Part shown: piece by piece, positions 9,377 through 18,650 of the stretch
How positions within the stretch are numbered: position 1 is the first letter of the stretch
Layout of the letters: the number at the start of each line of letters is the position of its first letter
Assembly (NCBI GenBank): GCA_963706325.1
Contig: CAVPLT010000001.1
Span: 288,001 to 352,000 of the forward strand
Length of the DNA stretch: 64,000 nucleotides
Source: an uncultured Nitrospiraceae bacterium
Lineage (GTDB): Bacteria > Nitrospirota > Nitrospiria > Nitrospirales > Nitrospiraceae
Direction of reading: 5' to 3'
Position numbers and translations under genes: made by a program
Notes under the pieces: model-generated
What the model saw: the letters and a program-made list of their open reading frames with translations, nothing else
Database searches by the model: none
What the model was told of the DNA's origin: nothing

Positions 9377-10200
9377 TTAGCTGATCTCCCGCGCCATATC
9401 AGCGGCCTTGGCCGCTGCCTTAATCTTCTTCTGAATGTGATCCCATGTCGCAGTATCCGGCAACTTATCGATTATCCGAAGAGCCTTTTTCTTGGGCGTC
9501 AGCACATCCTTCTCTATACTAAGGTGCGCTCCAGGCGTCTGCCGTACGCTATCCGCAAACAGCATCCACTTCTTCTCATCAGGAAGAATCTGCATCAGAG
9601 AACTAGTGTGTTCTAAAGACCAGGTAAGGCCTTGAATCTCGTCATTGGCATATCGATCGACCCTGCTTGGCACGAGAATATTTTCCTTTTCAACATCCAC
9701 ATAAAAAGCGGCATTCTTTATGTATGGGGTCGTCACGAGCTCGGTTGGCCTAGCATGCATTCTCGGATCGTTTAAAAATTTCTGATCCTTCTTTATAGCG
9801 GAATTGGCAGATTTCTTAGTGGGAATGACACTGCCCCATTCACTTTTCGAAAGCGTTCTAAAGATCTCCATAAGAATTGTTTCTGGCTTTAAGGAAGAAT
9901 GGACGCCGATTCGCCAGAAACTACATCCATCAGATCTTCTACGCCCTCAAAAATCTCCGCAATCCATTGCTTCACATTATGGTCACTAAGCCTGCTCCAT
10001 AAGTCATTGCTCTGCTCAGGGAAAATTGCTGCGACCGTACAGGCCACAGCCTTGGCAAATTCTTCCAAACCTATGACAGCCAAGGCTGCCGCCCTCGAAT
10101 TGTGCCCATTTTCAGCCAATAACTTTGCTTCGGCAGATAATTCGTTGGCATTCGTTAGCGCTGCGGCGGCGACCATTCGGAAGGTCTTAGCAGGTGTCAT
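9377..10200 (-). pseudogene. AbiV-family (HEPN) abortive infection protein split across two reading frames
   Basis: ORF 9889..10200 has NAxELxxEAxLL..GHxxRAAALAVIGLEEFAK and a downstream His (SDHNVKQ). ORF 9377..9871 has KNAAFYVD. The two frames are open together over about 9889-9946. The region is visibly AT-richer than its flanks. Confidence 0.72.
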
Positions 10201-10238
10201 TTAGTGAATATGACCTCCTCGATGTTTTGGCTATTCTA

Positions 10239-10381
10239 CAGGATGGTCAAAAAGGCTGCCCAGCAAGGCCGTAGGAAGCGCGACGACTGAGGCGTGCGAT
10301 CAAGAACGCCGCCTGGGACACGGCGCGTCTTGGCGCGCCTGTGGTCGGGCGGGTATGATTGTCGCCTTTTTCACCATCCTG
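10239..10381. mobile_element. MITE/REPIN-like short element, 143 bp
   Basis: 18-bp terminal inverted repeats CAGGATGGTCAAAAAGGC / GCCTTTTTCACCATCCTG (1 mismatch), flanked by CTA and CTAG; no coding capacity. Confidence 0.8.
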
Positions 10382-10768
10382 CTAGTACGGCATTTCGTCA
10401 TCGTCCAACCCGAAATGATGACCGATTTCATGCACGACGGTATCGCGCACTTCCTGCACGACTTCTTTCTTCGTGCGACAGATCCTGAGAATCGGCCCGC
10501 GATAGATAGAGATTCTTGCCGGTAGCTGCCCGCCGGTCTGAAAGAAGGATTCATGATCGATGGGGAGCCCTTGATAGAGGCCGAGCAGATCCTCGTCTTC
10601 CTCCATCTCCAGATCGGCTAACAGATCGGGAGAAGGCTCATCTTCCACCACCACGGCAACGTTGGAAATGAGCTTGGCATATTCGTCCGGCAGCCCATCC
10701 AGTGCTTGTTGCACCAGTTCCTGAAACTCAGGCTCCGTGACTGAAAGCAATGGTCGTCGATGTATCAT
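10382..10768 (-). CDS. Zincin_1 (DUF1025) metallopeptidase family protein
   Basis: DLLGLYQG, P.RI.IYRGPI, TVVHEIGHHFG. Confidence 0.9.
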   Translation of the reverse strand: MIHRRPLLSVTEPEFQELVQQALDGLPDEYAKLISNVAVVVEDEPSPDLLADLEMEEDEDLLGLYQGLPIDHESFFQTGGQLPARISIYRGPILRICRTKKEVVQEVRDTVVHEIGHHFGLDDDEMPY

Positions 10769-10842
10769 GTGAGAAGCGAGCAGTCGTTCGGGATTAATTC
10801 GCTTTTCGCGTACAGAAAGGAGCTGGCTCAATCGTCCACCAT

Positions 10843-13488
10843 CTAGGGATGCGCGGCTCGCCAGTTGCAACCTACACCCAGATCCACCTTGAGCGGCACC
10901 GACAAACCGAGCTTCGTCCCCGTGGCCTCCATTTCCTGCTTCACGAGCTGCTTCGCTAGTTCCAATTCTTCGTCCGGCACTTCAAAGATCAACTCGTCAT
11001 GGACTTGGAGAATCATTTTGCAGTGGGGTAGCTCGACCTGCAGACGACGGTGGACATTGATCATGGCCACTTTAATGAGATCCGCGGCCGACCCTTGAAT
11101 CGGGCTATTGACGGCCATGCGCTCACCGGCGCCGCGCTGAGACGGATCCCCGCTCTGCAATTCCGGAATGGGCCGGCGGCGGCCAAGGATTGTCGTCGTA
11201 TACCCCTTGGTTTTGCCGTCTTCGATGTTCTTGTCCATCAAGGCCCGTACGGCCGCGAACTTTTCGAAGAACGTCTCGATGTACTTCTTTGCATCGGCCT
11301 GAGACACGCCGATGTTGGAGGCGAGACCGAACGGGCTGATCCCATACACAATCCCGAACACTACGCTCTTCGCCGCGCGCCGCATCTCTCGTGTGACTTG
11401 CTCGGACGGGAGGTTAAAAATCTCCATGGCTGTGGCCATGTGGATGTCCTCTCCCTTTTCAAAGACCTCAAGCAGACGTGGGTCTTGCGACAGATGCGCC
11501 AGAATACGCGGCTCGACCTGGCTATAGTCGGCGCAGAGCAGATGATGTCCCGTCGGCGCAATGAAGGCTTCGCGGATGCGCAGGCCGTAGTCGCCCTTGA
11601 CCGGAATGTTCTGGAGATTGGGATCCGTGGACGAGAGGCGGCCAGTGGCCGCGACGGTTTGATTCAATGACGTATGGAGCCGCTTGGTCTCCGGGTTCAC
11701 CAGTTGCGGCAGCGCATCGACATAGGTCGATTTTAATTTGGTCAACGTACGATAGTTCAGAATTTGCGCCGGTAGCTCGTGCAGGGCTGCCAGTTGCGTC
11801 AGCGTGTCTTCGTCCGTGGAGTAGCCCGTCTTGGTTTTCCGGAGTGGTTTCAGCCCAAGATTCTCGAACAGGACCGTGGCCAACTGCTTGGGGGAGCCGA
11901 TATTGAATTCACCCCCGGCGAGCCGATAAATGGTCCCCACCATCTGGTCGAGCTCGCGCTCAAGTTCCTTGCTGAGCCCCTGCAGACCCTCCACATCGAG
12001 TAGAAAACCATTGCGTTCGATATCGGCCAAGACCGGCAAAAGCGGCATCTCCACATCCTGAAACAAGGCGAGACTTCCTTGCTGTGTGAGGCGCTCACTC
12101 AACATCGGCGCAACCTTAGCCACCACTGCCGCCGTTTCCCCTGCTTGTCGTATCTGCCGCTCCTCTGCATCGAAGAGCGAGGCCGGCTCCTTACTCGCCT
12201 GCGCATCAGCCCCTCCTCCAAGCTGATAGCTCAAGAGGTCCATCGCGATAGCTTCCACGGTATGCGCGCGGCGATTGGGATTCAGCAGGTAGTCGGCGAC
12301 CATGATGTCGAAATAGGGACCCGGCATCTCGATTCCCTTACGGGAGAGGGCCACTAGAACCGTTTTAAAATCGTGCGCCGCCTTTACTGTGCCGGCGTTA
12401 CGCAGAAGTTCGCCTATTGGTCTCGGCCAGCTTCGCGCCTCGTTCCGGAGAAACGTGGCGCCACCGTCCGGTAGACCCAACGCACAACCTCCTATGTCAG
12501 CCCGCACGCCCGGTTCACCCGTCAATACACAGGCGAGGCTCACCATTTCGTCCGTTTGTAGCCTCGCAAGAAAGGATATGGCAGCGGCATCATCGCGGAG
12601 GTCTTCGAGCTCACTCCCTAATCTGTTTTGCTCAGGAGTGTCACCCCGAAAGGCTTTGGCCAGGGTCATGAACTCCAGCTCACGGAGCAGAGCCACTAAT
12701 GTTTCCGTATGCGGTGCCCTCGCCTGAAACTGATCTGGTGCAAACTCGAAGGGACAATCCACCTGGATCGTCGCCAGGCGCTTGCTCAGGCGCGCCTGTT
12801 CACCCTGTTCCAACAAAAGATTTTTGGTTTTGGTCGGAGTGACTTCCTCGACCCGTCGAAGGACCTCTTCGATCGTGCCGAACTGCATGATCAGCTTCAC
12901 CGCTGTTTTCTCGCCGATTCCTTTGACACCGGGGATATTGTCGCTGGCATCGCCCATCAGACCCATGATCTCAACTACCCTCGCCGGTTCGACACCGAAT
13001 CGGGCTTGCGCATCCGCTTCGCCGAGCCATTTGTCCTTGACCGGATCATAAATACGCGTCTTCGACGTGAGTAGTTGGAACATATCTTTGTCGCTGGTGA
13101 CGATCGCGACTTCAAGGCCTTGGGCTTCGGCTTTTCGCGCCAATGTCCCGATCAGATCATCGGCTTCATAACCCGCCTGGCTTATTACCGGCAACGCCAA
13201 CGCCTCTACCACACGGTGGATGTAGGGAACCTGCGCGCTCATCCCCTGCGGCATCGGAGGCCTTTGCGCCTTGTACTCCTTGAATGCCTCATGGCGGTGG
13301 GTCGGGCCCTTCTCGTCGAAGACTACGGCGACATAGTCCGGCCGGTGGTCGCGCAGGACCTTCATCATCATGGTCGTAAAACCATACACGGCGTTGGTCT
13401 GGAGCCCTTTGGAATTGGACAGGGGCGGCAAGGCAAAGAATGCCCGATAGATATAGGCGCTACCGTCGATGAGATAGAGAGTGGGCAT
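10843..13488 (-). CDS. polA: DNA polymerase I
   Basis: LYLIDGSAYIYRAFFA 5'-3' exonuclease start; TGRLSSTDPNLQNIP, ADYSQVE, QVHDELIFE polymerase motifs. Confidence 0.99.
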   Translation of the reverse strand: MPTLYLIDGSAYIYRAFFALPPLSNSKGLQTNAVYGFTTMMMKVLRDHRPDYVAVVFDEKGPTHRHEAFKEYKAQRPPMPQGMSAQVPYIHRVVEALALPVISQAGYEADDLIGTLARKAEAQGLEVAIVTSDKDMFQLLTSKTRIYDPVKDKWLGEADAQARFGVEPARVVEIMGLMGDASDNIPGVKGIGEKTAVKLIMQFGTIEEVLRRVEEVTPTKTKNLLLEQGEQARLSKRLATIQVDCPFEFAPDQFQARAPHTETLVALLRELEFMTLAKAFRGDTPEQNRLGSELEDLRDDAAAISFLARLQTDEMVSLACVLTGEPGVRADIGGCALGLPDGGATFLRNEARSWPRPIGELLRNAGTVKAAHDFKTVLVALSRKGIEMPGPYFDIMVADYLLNPNRRAHTVEAIAMDLLSYQLGGGADAQASKEPASLFDAEERQIRQAGETAAVVAKVAPMLSERLTQQGSLALFQDVEMPLLPVLADIERNGFLLDVEGLQGLSKELERELDQMVGTIYRLAGGEFNIGSPKQLATVLFENLGLKPLRKTKTGYSTDEDTLTQLAALHELPAQILNYRTLTKLKSTYVDALPQLVNPETKRLHTSLNQTVAATGRLSSTDPNLQNIPVKGDYGLRIREAFIAPTGHHLLCADYSQVEPRILAHLSQDPRLLEVFEKGEDIHMATAMEIFNLPSEQVTREMRRAAKSVVFGIVYGISPFGLASNIGVSQADAKKYIETFFEKFAAVRALMDKNIEDGKTKGYTTTILGRRRPIPELQSGDPSQRGAGERMAVNSPIQGSAADLIKVAMINVHRRLQVELPHCKMILQVHDELIFEVPDEELELAKQLVKQEMEATGTKLGLSVPLKVDLGVGCNWRAAHP

Positions 13489-13556
13489 CGGCAAAATAGA
13501 ACGTCATTAGGACTAATGGGACCCTAGTCCCCCGCTGTGTATGGACCAACCAACGG

Positions 13557-13991
13557 TTACTTTTCCGGCGCGATAATGAGTGGTGGTTTGTCGAATTTGG
13601 CACGCATGGAGTTGATCGTACTGAGCACGGTCGACTGCCCCACGATCTTGGCTTCCAACCGACGTTTTCCCGGGAACTCGACCAACGAGAGTCCGATCAA
13701 CATCGTCAGCACCCCCTGTCCGGGCAAGAACAACATGAGAAGGCCAGCGAGTAGAAAAATAGCTCCCACCACATTCTTCACGATGTGTCCGATGACGCGA
13801 AGTACGGGATGGTGGTTCTCCATCCAAGGGCGCGGAATACGAACGTCGAAATAGTCGGCGGGGAGCCGCATGAGAATGATCGGAATGGCCACCAGCGTCC
13901 CCACGAACATGAACACAGAGGACACGGCGAACGAAATCAGGACATTGGCCGGCACATAGGATTCGATCTGTGTCAGGAGTTCACTTATCAC
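13557..13991 (-). CDS. PGPGW-domain-like membrane protein
   Basis: Hydrophobic segments, LPADYF and LPGQG motifs. Confidence 0.8.
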   Translation of the reverse strand: MISELLTQIESYVPANVLISFAVSSVFMFVGTLVAIPIILMRLPADYFDVRIPRPWMENHHPVLRVIGHIVKNVVGAIFLLAGLLMLFLPGQGVLTMLIGLSLVEFPGKRRLEAKIVGQSTVLSTINSMRAKFDKPPLIIAPEK

Positions 13992-14083
13992 GGGCGCATC
14001 CTAGCATGGGGCTTCTCATGGCCGAAAGGGTTCCGCAGCGGCGGGTTTACGTTCCCTACGCCTCCAGGCTATAATTCTGCCCT

Positions 14084-14488
14084 ATGTTATCGCAGCAAAC
14101 CAGCAACGCGATCCCGACGCAAACCTGCTTGTCGGGCTGCCGCGCAATCGTTCTCGGGCTCACTCTGTCCTCCGCGATCATCGGCGTGAATGGTCACGTG
14201 ACGCACGCCGCCGACGCCAGCTCCAATGCCACGGAGTCGGAGCTCCAGATCGACATCACCAAAATCGGGCTCGGCAAAGAGGTGGTGATCACCCAGGGTA
14301 GGAAGGAATGGTTCATGCGAGTGGAAGTCACTCCCGAAAATTCCGTGGTGGTGCGCCAGGAAAAAGAGGGGGAGCGTTATCTGCTCGACGAGAGCGAGAT
14401 GCACGACCGCGCTATGACCCCAGCCGAAGTGGAGACGGCCATCACCGACTTTGTGAACAGCGTCAAAACCAGGCAGAAGGTCCAATAG
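14084..14488 (+). CDS. hypothetical exported protein
   Basis: Signal-like N-terminus; TTTACG..TATAAT promoter-like boxes just upstream; abuts the DsrE gene. Confidence 0.7.
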   Translation: MLSQQTSNAIPTQTCLSGCRAIVLGLTLSSAIIGVNGHVTHAADASSNATESELQIDITKIGLGKEVVITQGRKEWFMRVEVTPENSVVVRQEKEGERYLLDESEMHDRAMTPAEVETAITDFVNSVKTRQKVQ

Positions 14489-14493
14489 CCCGC

Positions 14494-14913
14494 ATGGCAG
14501 ATAAACCCAAATTCGTCATCTTCGCGCACAACGCTACCTACGATAAATTGCACCAAGTTGCGACCCTGGGATTGACGGCCGCCGCGATGGGCAAGGACGT
14601 CATCGTGGTATTGCTGTTTTGGACCATCAAGAAGCTGGCCGAAGGCAAGATCGACGTCATCGATTTCCCGCCGGAGTATGCCGCCTCCGCAGAGCAGGTC
14701 GCCCGTCTGTTGAAGGAAAAGAAGGTCCCGACGATTTCAGAAATGTTTCACGAAGCCCGTCTTGTGGGGCAATTTCACCTGATTGCCTGTAGTGCAGGCC
14801 TGGAATACATGGGCGTGGAAGCAGCCGCCGTGGAACGCAACGTGGATGAAGTCCTTGGTCTCCCCTCGATTCTCTCGCTGACCGCGCAAGCAGAAACCAA
14901 ACTTTTTATCTGA
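14494..14913 (+). CDS. DsrE/DsrF/DrsH-like family protein
   Basis: YDKL...LTAAAMGKDV.V.LFW, IACSAGL, TKLFI C-terminus. Confidence 0.87.
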   Translation: MADKPKFVIFAHNATYDKLHQVATLGLTAAAMGKDVIVVLLFWTIKKLAEGKIDVIDFPPEYAASAEQVARLLKEKKVPTISEMFHEARLVGQFHLIACSAGLEYMGVEAAAVERNVDEVLGLPSILSLTAQAETKLFI

Positions 14914-14977
14914 CCGATCAAAAACCGACAAGGCACGGAATAGCCATGCCGAAACCGGGATCTGTCGCCCTTGTCCT

Positions 14978-15637
14978 TTAGCGCGAGTGCGTCACGCCGA
15001 CCCGATCGCAATACTCCGCGATCTTGCACAAGCTGCAGAATGGTGAGACTGGCTGGCAGAGGTTCTGCCCGTAGGGCACGAGGAGATCGTTGAAGATGAT
15101 CCAATACTCGCGTGGAAGCTTTCTGCGGAGCGCCTGCTCGGTTTCGTCTGGAGTCTTGGTTTTTACATAGCCCCACCGATTACTGATCCGGTGGACATGA
15201 ATGTCGACACAAATCCCCGGTTTCTCATAACCGACCGTCACGACCAGGTTCGCCGTCTTTCGCCCAACTCCGGGCAGTGTCAGCAATTCGTCGATGGTGT
15301 CCGGTACTCGGCCCTCGTATCGTTCGAGAAGCTGCGTGCAAATCTGCTGAATCTGTTTCGCCTTCGTCCGATAGAAACCGACTGGGTAAATGGCCTGTTC
15401 AGTCGCTTCGACCAACAATTCCCTCATGGTGGCTGCGGTCGAGGCTAAGGCAAAGAGTCGCGCGCTGGCTTCGGCGGTCGTCTTATCTTTGGTCCGCAGG
15501 CTGAGGAGACAGGAAATCAATACAAGGAAGGGATCACGGCCGGACCGTCTGGCCACGACACCGACAACCGGGTCAGGCCAGCGAGCGATTTCCCGCTTGA
15601 CCGTCCGGATAACGGCGTGAATATCTTTCGCCTGCAT
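14978..15637 (-). CDS. nth: endonuclease III
   Basis: LPGVGRKTANLV HhH motif, VDIHVHRI, C-x6-C-x2-C-x5-C 4Fe-4S motif. Confidence 0.96.
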   Translation of the reverse strand: MQAKDIHAVIRTVKREIARWPDPVVGVVARRSGRDPFLVLISCLLSLRTKDKTTAEASARLFALASTAATMRELLVEATEQAIYPVGFYRTKAKQIQQICTQLLERYEGRVPDTIDELLTLPGVGRKTANLVVTVGYEKPGICVDIHVHRISNRWGYVKTKTPDETEQALRRKLPREYWIIFNDLLVPYGQNLCQPVSPFCSLCKIAEYCDRVGVTHSR

Positions 15638-15707
15638 GGTCTGCCGGGAAAGGAAGTGGACGGGGAGATGATCGAAATGGTCGACGGAGGGAATGGAAGT
15701 CTGACGA

Positions 15708-15902
15708 CTAGTCTGAGCGTCTCTTCGCAAGCCACTTCTGCCGGCGGCGCTGCGCTTCTCGCTCTTTGGCCTTTTTCCGAACGCTCGGCTTTTCGTAATA
15801 CCGGCGTCTTTTCAGTTCGCGGAACAATCCTTCGCCCGCCAATTTTTTCTTGGCGACCTTCAGGGCTTTTTCGACGTTGTTGTTGAAGACCTTAATTTCC
15901 AT
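15708..15902 (-). CDS. rpsU: 30S ribosomal protein S21
   Basis: VEKALKVAKKKLAGEGLFRELKRRRYYEKPS. Confidence 0.97.
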   Translation of the reverse strand: MEIKVFNNNVEKALKVAKKKLAGEGLFRELKRRRYYEKPSVRKKAKEREAQRRRQKWLAKRRSD

Positions 15903-15925
15903 CGTCAGGTACCTTCGACCCTCTT

Positions 15926-17488
15926 TCAGCGAAGTTTCAGAATATTCAACACTTTTTGCGACCACGAATCGAAGGGCGGAGTGTAGCATAGCGATTTCGC
16001 ATCCACAAGCATTTGTTCTGCCGCCGAGAATCGATCACGAATCGATGCAATAAGCTGCTGGTTTGGCTGTGTTTTCATGTTTTCATCGACCATCCCAAGA
16101 CATCCATCGATGACCGCATCCGCGAGATGCATCCCCATGTTGAGATCGGGATGAACCTCGGGTTTCGCCGACGTCAGGAGTCCGCGCAGCAACGGAATGA
16201 TTTCGCAGGACAGTTTCACAATTTCCAGCGGCGTTTCTGTGGCCATCAACAAACTCGAAGCGAGTTGAAGCGCGCGATCTGGGTGGTGGGGCGGGAGCTT
16301 GTTTGCCTGAAGCACCTGCGCATAGGCCCCTCGATCGATCTTGACCAATTCGTGGAGACGCGTTCGAATTTCGATTAGCCGCGTTTCGACCACCCGTGCC
16401 CGATTCAGTTTGGCCACCATGATGCCCAAGGAGGCCGCGAATGCGGCCGAGAGAGCGCCCACACTGCCCCCTGTCAAACTCTGACCCTCTGGCATCATTC
16501 CATCGATTGCCCCGGATTTAGCCGGCGATACCGCCTTTGCCTTGAGTGGCTGCGTTGTCGACACGCGACCGAACGCCTCTCGCGATTCGACACTGTCCAA
16601 TCGCGCTTCGAGAACCTGCCGACCGTCAAATTGATTCAGATGCAGCGCATGCTGCGCTGTTGCAATCAAGGCTTGCTCTGGGACCAGGCCAATAATTTCA
16701 GTACCGGCCACATCCACTCCACGAGCCTCGGCCTCCCGCTGCACGACGGCAAATGCGGCGTGCAGGGGTGTCTCCTCATGGTTCGTCAGATTCATCGACA
16801 CTTGCACTAAGCCCGAAGTTTTCAGGTCAACGCCGATGGCCTTGACGAATGGGAGGCCCCCGCTCGACTGTCGAACGACCTTGGCAATGTCGGTGGCGAC
16901 CGACAGATCGCGGCTCTTCAGATTTACATTAAAGGCGATGAGCGGCCACCGCGCCCCCACGACCGTTGCCCCCGCGGTCTGGTGCAGGTGCTTCGGCCCG
17001 AAGTCCGGCACCCATGCCGGCTCGGTCTCCATCCTCGCTCCCAACCCTTTCAGGCCGCCCTTTCGAATCTCCTCGAGGTTCTTCCGCTCGGGCCGAGAGG
17101 CTGCTTCCTCATACAGAAACACCGGGATCTTGAGTTCGTTGCCGATACGTTGTCCAACCATCCGAGCCAGCTGCATACAATCCTGCATGCTGACGCCGCG
17201 AATGGGCACAAAAGGCATTACGTCCGTCGCGCCGACACGTGGATGTTCGCCATGATGGCTGCGCAGGTCGATCAGCTGAGACGCCACCCGTGCCATTTGA
17301 AACGCCACCTCGGCTACAGCATAGGGTCGACCGGCCAACGTCACCACCGCCCGATGATGATCGGGGTCCATGGTCTCATCCAGCAAGGCCACACCGGTCA
17401 CGGAACGGACGATATCGACCAGCGCTCGGACCACGTCGGGATTCCGACCCTCACTGAAGTTCGGCACGCATTCGACGACTTGATTCAC
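15926..17488 (-). CDS. ftcD: glutamate formimidoyltransferase with C-terminal cyclodeaminase-like domain
   Basis: VECVPNFSEGR, DPDHHRAVVT, GEHPRVGATDV, GATVVGAR, VQVSMNL; GGSVGAL in the C-terminal domain. Confidence 0.93.
   Translation of the reverse strand: MNQVVECVPNFSEGRNPDVVRALVDIVRSVTGVALLDETMDPDHHRAVVTLAGRPYAVAEVAFQMARVASQLIDLRSHHGEHPRVGATDVMPFVPIRGVSMQDCMQLARMVGQRIGNELKIPVFLYEEAASRPERKNLEEIRKGGLKGLGARMETEPAWVPDFGPKHLHQTAGATVVGARWPLIAFNVNLKSRDLSVATDIAKVVRQSSGGLPFVKAIGVDLKTSGLVQVSMNLTNHEETPLHAAFAVVQREAEARGVDVAGTEIIGLVPEQALIATAQHALHLNQFDGRQVLEARLDSVESREAFGRVSTTQPLKAKAVSPAKSGAIDGMMPEGQSLTGGSVGALSAAFAASLGIMVAKLNRARVVETRLIEIRTRLHELVKIDRGAYAQVLQANKLPPHHPDRALQLASSLLMATETPLEIVKLSCEIIPLLRGLLTSAKPEVHPDLNMGMHLADAVIDGCLGMVDENMKTQPNQQLIASIRDRFSAAEQMLVDAKSLCYTPPFDSWSQKVLNILKLR
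15980..16008 (-). promoter_or_regulatory. putative sigma70 promoter for rpsU inside the ftcD 3' end
   Basis: TTGTGG-17 nt-TACACT with a TG extended -10. Confidence 0.5.
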
Positions 17489-17551
17489 CCCAATGCCTCT
17501 TCCGCCATGACTTCCCTGTGATGCGCCGCTCGCCCCGAAAGTTCGCGCAAG

Positions 17552-17589
17552 AAAAAAGCCGGAGGCTGGTGATCCTGCCCTCCGGCTTT
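17552..17589 (-). terminator. Rho-independent terminator after tusA
   Basis: AAAGCCGGAGG...CCTCCGGCTTT stem followed by a T run on the minus strand. Confidence 0.75.
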
Positions 17590-17632
17590 GCCTAGCATGA
17601 CAGCCTCGCCTATACGCGCCTGTCGCCGAGCG

Positions 17633-17878
17633 TTACTTCGTTTTTTTGACAAAGGCCTTATAGATCCGCTTGGAGGAGCTTTGCTCCTCCTCCAAGCCAA
17701 CCATTTCGTGGCCGGTGGTCTGACACCAGGCCGGCATGTCTTTCTTGATGCCTTCATCGTCCGACACGACTTCCAGCACCTGACCGGTCGTGAGTTCCTT
17801 GATCTTCTTCGAGGTCAAAATTATCGGCATCGGGCAAAAATACCCAAGCGTATCGAGTTTCACATCGGCCTGTATCAT
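17633..17878 (-). CDS. tusA: TusA/SirA family sulfur carrier protein
   Basis: LDTLGYFCPMPI (CPxP motif), LEVVSDD, D.PAWC. Confidence 0.92.
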   Translation of the reverse strand: MIQADVKLDTLGYFCPMPIILTSKKIKELTTGQVLEVVSDDEGIKKDMPAWCQTTGHEMVGLEEEQSSSKRIYKAFVKKTK

Positions 17879-17899
17879 AACGCTCCCTCGGCCCGTCGC

Positions 17900-18430
17900 T
17901 TATATGAACAGATTAACGCTGCCCTGCTTGGCTTCGGCCAAGTAGGTGGTCACACCGGCGAACTGGTCGATCCCATCGATCAATGTGTCCTTGGTAATCC
18001 CCATCAACCCCATCGTCGTCGTGCAGGCAATGAAGTGGACCCCGAGGTCCAACGCCATATCCATCAATTCCGGCACGCCCGGCATACGATTTTTCTTCAT
18101 CACCACCTGCATCATCTTGGTGCCGAGCCCCCAGAAGTGGAACCGGGACAACGGCAGCTGATCGGCTCCGCCTTTATTGAGGAGTCCGAACATGCGGCGC
18201 AGCAAGTCCGTGGCCGAACTGCGCGCCCCCTTTTTCCGAATCGTGTTCAATCCCCAAAAGGTAAAAAACACCGTCACCTGCATTCCCATGGCAGCGGCCC
18301 CTGTGGCAATAATGAACGCGGCCATGGCCTTGTCCAGATCGCCACTGAGAAGCACGATGGTGACACGATCCGGTTTCGATTCGCGCAGCTCCGCGAGAGC
18401 AGCCGTCGGTTCAACTTGCGCAGTGATCAT
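17900..18430 (-). CDS. DsrE2-like (DsrE/DsrF/DrsH-like) protein
   Basis: SGDLDKAMAAFIIATGAAAMG..VTVFFTFWGL, IACTTTM, NLFI. Confidence 0.93.
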   Translation of the reverse strand: MITAQVEPTAALAELRESKPDRVTIVLLSGDLDKAMAAFIIATGAAAMGMQVTVFFTFWGLNTIRKKGARSSATDLLRRMFGLLNKGGADQLPLSRFHFWGLGTKMMQVVMKKNRMPGVPELMDMALDLGVHFIACTTTMGLMGITKDTLIDGIDQFAGVTTYLAEAKQGSVNLFI

Positions 18431-18482
18431 CGGTTACCTCGCTTCTTAACCTACGAATATCGCCCGTTCAAGGGCGAAAGAA

Positions 18483-18512
18483 ACTATAGTCTCCGCTTCT
18501 TTTTCTTGTCAA
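18483..18512 (-). promoter_or_regulatory. putative sigma70 promoter for dsrE2-tusA
   Basis: TTGACA-18 nt-TATAGT on the minus strand. Confidence 0.65.
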
Positions 18513-18569
18513 GAAACGCGAAGTCCCGATGGTCCTCCTCCTCACGCCTCATATCACCTCGACGGTTGC

Positions 18570-18598
18570 TTGACCTGCTGCGGACCCCCCGTTATAGT
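18570..18598 (+). promoter_or_regulatory. putative sigma70 promoter for the Rieske oxygenase
   Basis: TTGACC-17 nt-TATAGT. Confidence 0.65.
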
Positions 18599-18650
18599 TC
18601 CGGGTCACTCAGATGCTGACTCCGCGTATAGCGTACTCAGCTTCTCACCT

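Noticed and set aside
17588..18619. 343-aa plus-strand ORF
   Set aside because: Antisense shadow of tusA and dsrE2, with no recognisable motifs; typical of GC-rich DNA
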